A stretch of 55,188 bases of DNA, filler included, from Catajapyx aquilonaris (taxonomy: Eukaryota), in the NCBI GenBank assembly GCA_000934665.2. It is 4 parts of 4 records of this genome, joined end to end, with 100 filler letters (N's around TTAATTAATTAA, not from the genome) between each part and the next. Parts side by side here need not be neighbours in the genome. Positions count along the whole stretch, not along the records: positions 27,607 to 41,397 come from KZ539760.1; positions 41,498 to 55,188 come from JYFJ02008019.1; 2 more parts are not named here. The stretch is one strand, 5' to 3'. Below the pieces are notes generated by a model, which did no database searches, had not been told where the DNA came from, and worked only from the letters and a program-made list of their open reading frames with translations. The position numbers were made by a program, and so were the translations under genes. Shown in pieces: positions 35,380-44,918 of the stretch (position 1 is its first letter; the number at the start of each line of letters is the position of its first letter).

Positions 35380-36470
35380 AGTTGGATGCTATCATGCAGT
35401 TCCTCCATGTCTGTCAGTATGAACTCCAGTGGAGGCGATACTAGAATATTGAACAACTTTGTCTTGTATCCAGTGCCGTACACAACAGCGAAGCTGGACC
35501 ACATCATGACAAACACGTGTGGACGACAGTACAGGAGGTGCAGGGTACTGATCAAGTATGACCGAAATTAAATACTCAAATATTGCTGACATGCTCTTAA
35601 AATGCGGTAAGACTCCCAACACTTTCCGCTGCATTCTGCCAATCGCCAACAAGAAAAGGGCCGAAACTATGGTCGAAAAGACATAAAACAACCAAGGAGA
35701 CAGCTGGTACGGCAACACCAGAATTTTAGGCGTAATGTGCGGCCTAGGTTGACGTGTCACAAAAGTCAATCGCATCAAATCCCGCGTTGCTGTGAAATCG
35801 ACTCCAATCTCTCATCTCAATCTGAGGCATGTCAGTCAAAAAAAGTATCTTACCACTCCAGACATCCTCCAGAAACTCCCGACCTTTTCCAGCATTCGTC
35901 GCAATATATGTCGTTGAAATCATCAGGTTCGACCTGCCACGTGAAGTTGAGCGCATCTGACACGAAACAAAGTACGGAAAAGTCGACGTAAGGACTGCAA
36001 TCGGTATTGTTGGCTACAAATCCGTAGTGGACACTTTTCCAAAATATTCCGTGCAAACTTTTGGATGTGTCTGGAAATATGTCTGGAATAAGTGCGCCAG
36101 AGTAGTTGCCAATGTGAGTTAACATCTGATGGCCTTGATTGCAGAACAAACATGTCGAATCCAACTGTAAGTGATCTTCCTTTAGCCTGATCGCAATTTT
36201 GTACTTGATCTTTCCAGCGTCTGATTCCAGCAAGTAATCAGGGTTGTCCGAATCGCGGATCCAGAACATGAATTTGTCTTTAGCTCTTTTTGCAACGACT
36301 ATACCCGATGACGGGTCCATCAACTCGTCTATTAGTGTCTCGTTATTGTCACCACAACTGGTGACAAAATGTACCGCACAGTTAGGCGTCTTCATCCACG
36401 GTTGAACAGACTCAAATTCCAATGAAGCTTGTCCATCAGTGAACAGTTCCATCACACCGAAACATCCCCG
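35380..36470 (-). pseudogene. Intronless divergent ionotropic receptor (IR/iGluR-like chemoreceptor), frameshifted and 3'-truncated
   Basis: IFPDTSKSLHG, ALNFT, LTFVTRQPRP..LPYQLSPW plus M1, SVILDQ (pore segment), then in another frame VFVMMWSSFAVVYGTGYKTKLFNILVSPPLEFILTDMEELHDS (M3 and start of S2). At least three frame changes. Confidence 0.7.
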
Positions 36471-37640
36471 CGTCCAATGACTCGTTCAGGGGAGTCAATT
36501 ACCTATGAGAGATTTGACCCGTCATGAGAGTCGGGCGACTCTTTTTCCCACTCAGCTGACACTGCAACAGCGTATTGCTGACTCGCCAGGGGAGTCAACC
36601 GACGACCTTTGACCACTCAACTGCTCAAGTAACTGTAAATACGCACTCTGGCATTTATGCATATACAGTCATTATAAAGGGTATTGTTATTAGTGCGTGC
36701 ATGTTAGCAAGCAAATGGAAAGACTCTGTAAATAAGACACATTGTTGAACTAAATGTCTACAATACTCCTCATTTGTAGGGTCATTCCCTGTACTTGTTA
36801 ACAGCCACAGCAAACAGTCACAATAGACTTTTGTTGTGACCAAGCCATACTGCTGAAGCCACCCGGTTCAAGGCAGCTAAAACAGTAAAATAGGCCAATA
36901 TCAAGCTGTAAAGCGGATAATTATGAACAACAACGTATATACAGAGCAAGTTTTACTCATAACTTCACAGTAGCTAGAAAATATATACATTAAGTTACAT
37001 AATTATGTTTCTCCCCCTAAAAATGGCCAATAGGCCAGCTAATGGGGTAGAATAAATAAAAAATAAAAAATAAAATAAAAAATAAACACAATTATGCTTC
37101 CTTCATAGGTGGTTTTACATTACTTAACAAAAGTTGTACTTGTGAAACAAAAAACAATCAGAGCAGAAAATTTTTATACTACGTGGTTACCAAGATTTAC
37201 CCACGTGTGTCACAAAACTGTCTTGTCATTCATACAAAATTCACGATATTAATTACCAGAGGATGCACCTACACATCCACCACTATTCCTATGATTTCAT
37301 CCGTCATTGATCAGTATAAAGGTTCGAAGGTCATCAGGAAGTTGCAGCTTGACAAATAATAAAACAACTTTGACAAAACCTTATTTTGACCCTTCCTGGC
37401 TACTCTCTCATAGCAGACATAACATACGTATGACATCATTATTGCTGTAATTCTATAAATGACACTGGTCAACAATAATTTGGTTACATGAACCACGACG
37501 TTTCTCCCTATGTCGACAGGGGAAAGCCTTGAGTTGGACAGAGAAATCATTTGCTCAGCTTGTTTTTTCTGATTGAATCTTGCACCTTGACGCTTACTTT
37601 TTATACTCTCTTTCCTTAAACACAGGTTGCAAGTGATTTT

Positions 37641-37722
37641 TAATTATGCTCGTCATGGCAACTTCGGGGAGGCATTTCCCAGGGAAATGCCTCCCACGAA
37701 GTTGCCATGAGGAGCATAATTA
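37641..37722. repeat. Near-perfect hairpin with about 40-bp arms
   Basis: TAATTATGCTCGTCATGGCAACTTCGGGGAGGCATTTCCC-A-GGGAAATGCCTCCCACGAAGTTGCCATGAGGAGCATAATTA. Confidence 0.9.
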
Positions 37723-38079
37723 TATCGTTTCAAAACGCAACTTACCCACCGAGTAAACAATTTCAGTTAGAGGTGGCAGCACCTTCATTCTGCCTTCATT
37801 GCCTGTCTCTCCACAGCATGTGATAACATGCTTATGCCTAAACGCAACAAATGCCCCTTAAAAGGCCGCGTGAAAAGTGCTACCTCTTTCAAAACAGCAA
37901 CTTGTCCATCACTGCAGGAAGTTTGTCCTCCCTCCTGAAAATTAAAAGGTAGGGGAAAGTTCGAGGGAGCAGGGATTCGTAAGTCGCAGTTGCAAAAAGT
38001 ACTACATTGATAAGAAATGTAAATGTCGTTCAAAGTAATACTACATGTAATTCTGTGTGACTATAAGTGTTAGAACGCT

Positions 38080-38328
38080 AGAGGCGGATTCCAAGGTCCC
38101 CTAAGTCCATATTTTTTAAAATTAGCTGAGGACATACAGTATATTGGTAGCTTATGGTACTCCCCACCTCCTCCTGAGGTCAGAATACACCAAATGTCTC
38201 TAAGTCCAAGCACAAAAATCGGAGGATTTTTCCAAAGCCATATAAGCCCATATATGCTTTATGACAACAAAAACTCAAATCTCAACAGGACACAAATGGA
38301 CCTAGGGGACATTGGAATCCCGCCTCTT
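38080..38328. mobile_element. MITE
   Basis: TIRs AGAGGCGGATTCCAAGGTCCCCTAAGTCCAT and ATGGACCTAGGGGACATTGGAATCCCGCCTCT. Confidence 0.7.
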
Positions 38329-38589
38329 CTGATGAAGGTAAGAGTTCCTGGAAAATAAACAGCATCATCAAATGTTAAGTATTTCAACCATTTGCCAAAC
38401 AACAATAGGGTGATTTATTTCCAGCTTCTACATGGCACAGTGGGAAACAGGAAACTGCCACAACGAGTTATGGGCGTCTTCTAAACCAGCCATCCCGACA
38501 CGAAATTGGAGTCCTGACGTGTAAGTTTCGCCCAGGAAAGCGTTCTGGCCTTAAAAAGAGCATTTCGGGCTCTGGCCGTTTCATTAAAC

Positions 38590-38730
38590 CGTCCATTCTG
38601 CAGAATGGATGGTTTGAGAAAGGAGCATTCTGCAGAATGGACGGTTTGACATGGAGCATTCTGCAGAATGCGCCATACATTCTGCAGAATGGATGGTTTG
38701 GCACAGATCATTCTGCAGAATGGACGGTTT
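38590..38730. repeat. Tandem array of the palindromic unit CATTCTGCAGAATG, probably transposon subterminal repeats
   Basis: Five copies of CATTCTGCAGAATG spaced about 21-32 bp apart. Confidence 0.7.
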
Positions 38731-39289
38731 TTCGTGCAATGGCCGTTTTCGGGGTTTGAGCCTAACATATAAACATTGAGAACTGTACCAGACGAATTTT
38801 CTGAAATTGTGGTACTTTGAAAGAATTCAATCAATAGGCCTACTTATCTGCGGCTTCCCTCCGTCAGATCTGAAAACTCCCAAACTCATTTAATTTTTGT
38901 GAAATGTGACCATTTCAGCAAATTCGTCCGGCACATTTCTCAAGGTAGATATTCCGCATATACTGTAGCATAATTTCATAATCAAATCAGCTTAAGAGTT
39001 GGCCGGTAATACCTGGCGATGGCTGTGGCAATGGCAATGGACAGATACCAGGTAGCGAAGGGGTTAATAGTTCAGTTGATTCCAGATAAAACAAACTTCA
39101 AGAGACCACCCATTTAATTTATTGCATCACCCACGTCTTAGCAATAATTTTTATAAGTTGCAAATAAGTACAAATATGTTCAGTGTTTCGGTAACAATGA
39201 AAGTTATTGTTATGCACGTAGGTAGGTTACGTAGTGCGTGTAGCACTTGACCACGTCGATTGTGTACAGTACATGTGTATCGATTAGAC

Positions 39290-39533
39290 CAGTGGTTCTC
39301 AAACTTTTTGGGCCGCGGAACTCTCTTTACCTCACAATTCTTTCGCGGAACCCTGAACCCTAATCTTAACTCATAATTTATGCTATAGGAATACCTATAA
39401 GTATTTTTTTTTGTTAAATGGTAGGGCAAGGTTATGTTAATTTTTTTTTTCAAGGCAATGATGCTATTGTTTTTTAAGTACAAAGTTTTATTAGAATAGA
39501 CGTATCAAATACGCCTCCTCTCCATTAACACCG

Positions 39534-39618
<85 letters not shown>

Positions 39619-39776
39619 GTATGTATATATGTATATATGTATATATGTATATATATATGTATATATGTATATATATGTATGTATATATGTTGTATATTTT
39701 CCTAATCTTTTGCGGAACCCCTACACTGGTGTCACGGAACCCTAGGGTTCCGCGGAACACAGTTTGAGAACCGCTT
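39290..39776. mobile_element. hAT MITE containing a (TA)n/(TATG)n microsatellite at 39538-39690
   Basis: Ends CAGTGGTTCTCAAAC and GTTTGAGAACCGCT, with duplicated TTAGAC. Absent from the sister repeat copy at 34720-35000. Confidence 0.75.
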
Positions 39777-39969
39777 TAGACACACGGCAGTTCAAGGTCA
39801 TTCCCATCATCGACATGCGTCAGATAGCCTATATTATAAGGGGGCACCGTACTTTTCAGGGGCATATAGTGGTTGAACCAAATAGCTTGATCATTCACTG
39901 ACCTTGCAGAGGCCACTTTAATGAGGCAAACAAAGTCCTGTACTGGATCTGATTCTTGATGTTAAACTT

Positions 39970-40098
39970 ATGCCTGGTTGCACCAACAAAATTACCAGTC
40001 CGATAGCTTCTAACGGACCGATAGCACATGTTAAAAGGTCTACCTATCTGTCCATTAGGAGCTATCGGACCGGTAATTTTGTTGGTGCAACCAGGCAT
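39970..40098. mobile_element. Palindromic PIF/Harbinger-like MITE
   Basis: ATGCCTGGTTGCACCAACAAAATTACC and GGTAATTTTGTTGGTGCAACCAGGCAT, with TTA/TAA flanks. Confidence 0.75.
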
Positions 40099-40833
40099 TA
40101 AACTTGCAAATTGCAACTAACTTTTCTGGAGAATCCACATCACCAAGAGCTAATAACTGAGAGCCTCCGAGTCCCCTATGCCCTATCCCTGGCATAGAGA
40201 TGTGTTCCTCATCCTCTCCGCGGAACTGGCGACCCCCCAGACAGGCTCGGCCATATCATGGCAGCTCAGTTAACACACATGGGAAAGGCTCTGGATACGT
40301 CACCAGGAACGAGTCCCCCCCCCCCCCCCCCCCCCCNNNNNNNNNNNNNNNNNNNNNNNNNNNNNNNNNNNNNNNNNNNNNNNNNNNNNNNNNNNNNNGG
40401 GGGGGGGGGGGGGGGCACAAACCAGACCAAGTCAAGGGGAGGGGCAGAGCAGGAAAAGAGGTGAATCACCTGGCAAAAGAATGTGTCATTTGGCTTCAAT
40501 GTTGCCCGAGTGGTTGGGCACTCGCCTAGTCACATGTTTATATGCACTCATAGCATAGGCTCCACAGCTTCCTTACAAATCAAGATGATTGCGAGTCATC
40601 AGCTAAAGATTTAGTGCCGGGTGCACCAGACGCGTTAGATAAAAAACGGCGCGTTTTTGATTGTTTGTAATCGTTGGCAAAACTGAAATAAAAATCCATT
40701 ACAAAGGGCATTTTTTATCTACCTAAAAATCTAAATTTTAGGAATCAGAATATGATGAACTTTAAAAAAAAAAAAAACTGGTAGAGCAGTAAAATACACC
40801 GGTGCAAGGGTTTGGGCTGGACACAGTCTTAGG

Positions 40834-41279
40834 AGGGGGTCAGATAAGTCAGACCCTTACTAATCTACCCTCCTCGGGCTTAAATCAGCTGGGGAAGTGG
40901 AGCTCCAAAAATAAACCGATGACTTTTTTAAGGGTGACTGTTTCTGAATTTTTGACAGCAAATATGTATTCTAAGGGGTCTAAAACCTATCTTGTCATAC
41001 TTGATTCATACCAGGGATGTCACAAACAGGCCCACGGAAACCCATGTGTATATTAGAAAGCTTGTTGAAGTTATCATGCTAGATCTACTTTTGACATGGT
41101 GGTATGAATCAGGTATGAAAATATAGGTTTTCGACCCCTTAGAATTCATATTTGCTGTCAAAAATGCGAACTGGTGCGTCTTCAAAAAAGTTATCGGATT
41201 AGTTTTAGAAAGTCCACTTCCCTACCTGTGATAAGCCCGAGGAGGGTAGATTAGGAAGGGTCTGGCTTATCTGACCCCA
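40834..41279. mobile_element. Foldback MITE with about 155-bp imperfect arms
   Basis: GGGGTCAGATAAG..CTAATCTACCCTCCTCGGGCTTA..TTTGACAGCAAATATG and its reverse complement at about 41123-41279. Confidence 0.75.
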
Positions 41280-41397
41280 TTCTGGACAGGGGGGTCAAAG
41301 CACGGAGGCTTGAGTCATCCAGGCATAGTATATGGAGGGTCCACCAGACCTGTTTTCAACCCGCCCAAAAGTGCTAAGTTCTGAGCCCACCCCTTCC

Positions 41398-41497
41398 NNN
41401 NNNNNNNNNNNNNNNNNNNNNNNNNNNNNNNNNNNNNNNNNTTAATTAATTAANNNNNNNNNNNNNNNNNNNNNNNNNNNNNNNNNNNNNNNNNNNN
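41398..41497. other. Artificial contig-join spacer
   Basis: N-run with central TTAATTAATTAA, 100 nt. Confidence 0.95.
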
Positions 41498-41725
41498 ATT
41501 GGCGGGAAATTTTGTCATCCCGGTGACGTCACTACCGCTGCGCTATAATTGGCCCGATCCGTTATGGCTCTACCCTTCCTTCTATATACCCTGCTCCGAC
41601 CCTTGGTATTCAAAAATAGAGCCATTTCGTGCGAACCGGCAACGTGGCGGATGCAGTCAGGGTGGCCAGAGCGGTCGGCATTACTGTGATCGCAGGTGCC
41701 CGTTGTGATCGTGCAGGTGTGAGTT
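41498..41725 (+). promoter_or_regulatory. Candidate promoter and non-coding first exon of RanBP2
   Basis: E2F-like TTGGCGGGAAA (41499), CRE GTGACGTCAC (41523), ATTGG box and CpG-rich sequence. Donor-like GTGAGT near 41719. The RanBP2 ATG exon starts with a splice acceptor at 44888, so an upstream exon is required. Confidence 0.4.
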
Positions 41726-42541
41726 GCGCAACCTGGCACCCCTGAGATCCCTTTTCCATTCCTTTTCGCCATTTCCGTTTTTTGCCGTTTCTCATTCCCT
41801 CCTCCCCCCCTCCCACGCCACCGACGGCAGTTCATCCCGACGGCTCTGCTGGCTCGCCGGGTCTGAGGTCGCTCGATTGCTGTCCCCGGCCTTGGGTGGT
41901 CTACCAGGCCGACGGATCCTCTGTCCCGTCCAGGGTGAGTATGATGGCTGTGAATGCCTGCTGCAGGCAGGGGAAGGTTCGCGGCAGGGCAGGAGGCCAA
42001 GTGCAACAGTCTCGGAGTTGAAGGTGGGGAGGAGGAAATGATCAGGCGGCGGGGAACAATCATGGCTGCCTGCTGGGCACCAACCGCATTTTGGGGCCGG
42101 TTTATTTCATGCCGGGTCTCACCCGTGGCATGGGCCTCGAGTTCGCATGCCTGTGGGCAACGAGGGGAGAAGGGAGAGAGAATGAGTAGGGTGACAGTGG
42201 ATTGCACGCCCAGAAGGAGCACTATGCACTGTGGGCAATGACCTGCCATGATGCTGAAAATATCAGTTGAGATTCTTTTGTGTTAAAAGTGGCGTCCATT
42301 TGTGCCTGCCTGACTCCATGTGCAGTATGAGTGCCCACCTGCATTCACATTCAAAGAACATTACAGCAGAGATGGGCAGTATTTAAATACAAATGTATTG
42401 AAATACGTATTTAAATACTTCTTGGTATTTAGAGATTTATTTAACTATATTGGTCTCATGTATTTAAATACTGTATTTCAATACATTTCTGAGTATTTAA
42501 ATATATATCATAATTACTTTCCCTAACTCCCTTTTAATTTA

Positions 42542-43581
42542 TATGAGGGCAGATCAATAAGTAACACAAATAATTTTTTTAAATACCCCGTGATGGGGCG
42601 GAGCCCTTTTAGGGGGGAAGGGGGAGGTTCCCAAGGGAGGGCACTATAATTATAGTCATTTCTGACTTTCTGAAATGCACGAGACCTTTTCTCCTGTCCC
42701 TGGGCAGAGTAAGGAGTGCAATTCTGCCCCGGCATGTCGGGTGAAAAGCGGAAAAAGACCCGGCCAAGCAGAGGTGATGGGGACGGGATTTGAACCCCGG
42801 CCTCCCGTTTGGCTGGCCAGTGGTGTAACCACCAGACCACCATGCCTCCCTGTAACGCAAATAATTTAGTTTAGGCAAAAGTTTAATAGATAGACAAAAC
42901 TTAAGATATACATAGCGACATTCCACCCTTTGGCTATTTTTCATCATATGAACCATTTCTGTTGATGCATTTGTCCCACTGTGGTACATTGTTAAATGTG
43001 CCATGTTTTTTGAGCTCCGTTTTTTTGCCATAAGACCTTTTTTACTGGGCGTCCGGGACAATGCTGATCGGTAATGTCTTCTCGGTCCTCAGAAAACAGC
43101 TTACACCATCTTGAAATGTTGCTACGGTCCAGGCATGTGTTCCCATACACTTATGTCATGTTTTTACAAATTTGGTTGGAGTTTTGCTTTGCGCCCACAA
43201 AAAAGCGCAGCAGCTTAATGCTCAATAAGGGTGGGCGATGCCAACACATTCGCCATCTTTGCTGGCTAGTTCTCGTTTGATGCACTTGGGGCACACTCAT
43301 GGAGATGTGTACAGACCTGACCATGGACCTGACCGTAAACTGAACGACTGGCGTCTCTTTGCCTCCTTGAAATAAAGGTCTCATGGCAATAAAACGGGGC
43401 TCTAAAGACGTGACACATTTAACAATGTACCACAGTGGGACAAATGCATCAACAGATACTGTTAATGTGTTGAAAAATAGCCAAAGGGTGGAAGGTCGCT
43501 ATGTATATCTTAAGTTTTGTCTATCTATTAAACTTTTGCCTAAACGAAATTATTTGCATTACTTATCGATTCGCCCTCGTA
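42542..43581 (-). mobile_element. Internally deleted mariner element with its 3' end present at both termini
   Basis: TIRs TATGAGGGCAGATCAATAAGTAA and TTACTTATCGATTCGCCCTCGTA. Minus-strand N-terminal HTH remnant VYGNTCLDRSNISRWCKLFSEDREDITDQHCPGRP. The C-terminal motif VPQWDKCINR..EK is in both inverted arms. Confidence 0.8.
42577..42851 (-). mobile_element. tRNA-derived SINE with the shared LINE-type 3' stem-loop, inserted in the mariner end
   Basis: Head GGGAGGCATGGTGGTCTGGTGGTTA..GGTTCAAATCCC, 3' motif at 42584-42615, and a 16-bp TSD GTAAC(A/G)CAAATAATTT at 42561-42576 and 42852-42867. Confidence 0.85.
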
Positions 43582-43757
43582 TTTGCATAATTCTTTATTT
43601 TTATTTCTTTATTTCTTTATTTCTTTATTTTTTATTACCCCGTGGTGACCTGTTGGGTCTATAGGGGGGTGGATTACCACCATTAGGATTTGTTTTGGAG
43701 CGAGTTAAGAAGGATCTTATTAGTTATTCCAAGGGTAGGTAGGAGGGGATGCGCAAA

Positions 43758-44610
43758 GTGAATCTTGACAGCCTCAAGTCAGAGAGTCGCCAACTAATAT
43801 AATAATATAATGGATACCCCGTGATAGGCCCCTTGGGCCTCTTAGGGGATCATCTTTTGAATAACCAATTTTAATCATTTGCCTGTAATGTGATGGATTT
43901 TGATAGTGGGAGGAAACGGGAGAACCCCGAGAAAACCCACGCGAACACGGAGAGAACCCATCGAAACTCTATCCACATAAGTATCCTCCGTCCGACCCGG
44001 GGATCGAACTCGGGACCTTAGAGGTGGAAGTCTGCGGCGCTAACCACTCGGCCACCGTGTCGCCCTTGGAGAGTCGCCAACTTCTGACTTCACATCGTCT
44101 CTGATTGGCTAGAGCAGGGATATTCAACTGGCGGACCGCGGTCCGGATCCGGACCGCGACGCAATTTTGTCCGGACCGCGACAATATACATAACAGGACA
44201 GTTTGAAATAGCATGCTACTAATTCATGATTTTTTTGGAAAAAGTGCTACCAATTTCATCAAATTCAGACCCATTCAAATCTCCCCATCTCATCTAAGCT
44301 CCTCACCTCACCCCCCAAAAATTTCGCCTGCGGCGGGAGAGTAATTATGGAATGTCTACGTGTCCTATGGAGGCCACCATCTTGCATTTCTGTGGAAATA
44401 GTGGCCGGCTCTGATGTCATGGCAGACTCCGACTGGATGCTCCAGCCAATCAAGAGTCTACTGTGATATCAGAGCCGGCCACTATTTCTATAGAAACGCA
44501 AGATCCTGGCCTCCATAGGACACACAAACAGTCCATAATTACTCTAGCCAATCAGAGACGATGTGAAGTCAGAAGTTGGCGACTCTCTGACTTGAGGCTG
44601 TCAAGATTCA
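43758..44610. mobile_element. Foldback MITE hosting a SINE and an hAT-like insertion
   Basis: The left arm GTGAATCTTGACAGCCTCAAGTCAGAGAGTCGCCAACT|TCTGACTTCACATCGTCTCTGATTGGCTAGAG|TAATTATGG is the reverse complement of 44533-44610 once the inserts at 43796-44068 and about 44116-44340 are removed. Confidence 0.8.
43796..44068 (-). mobile_element. tRNA-derived SINE with a conserved central domain and the shared LINE-type 3' stem-loop
   Basis: A box GGTGGCCGAGTGGTTAG, B box GAGTTCGATCCCC, central GTGGGTTTTCTCGGGGTTCTCCCGTTTCCTCCCAC (like the V-SINE/Meta-type core) and a 14-bp TSD GAGAGTCGCCAACT at 43782-43795 and 44069-44082. Confidence 0.88.
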
Positions 44611-44918
44611 CCTAGTAGGTTCTGGATGTTGGTCTCATTTTTTCTGCGTGTGATATCATTAAAAAAAAAAATGAGAATGACAGGAAAAGCCACATGGAAT
44701 CCACCAATTTTAGCAGAAAAAAATTGATAATCCATGAAAATACTGCTGGCATGATGTAAAATTTGTGACTGCCACCATTTCAGAAAAGCTTAAATTGAGT
44801 GTATCACACTGTGTGGCTCAGATCTGGATGCAAACGAAAGATATGAATTATTGGGTTAGATATAATCAGGCAGTCTTTTCTCACATAGGTGACACCCAAG
44901 AACTCGGGAACAGTCAAG

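Noticed and set aside
29361..40415. Poly-C/G tracts next to N runs as G-quadruplex elements
   Set aside because: They flank sequencing gaps, so their length and context are unreliable.
41515..42249. 244-aa minus-strand ORF and overlapping ORFs
   Set aside because: GC-rich region is open in several frames and has no recognisable motif; more likely promoter or first-intron sequence.
43990..44068. tRNA genes at 43990-44068, 17073-17150, 25150-25227 and 42775-42851
   Set aside because: A and B boxes are present but the cloverleaf stems do not pair properly. Each continues into a SINE body, and three have clear TSDs.
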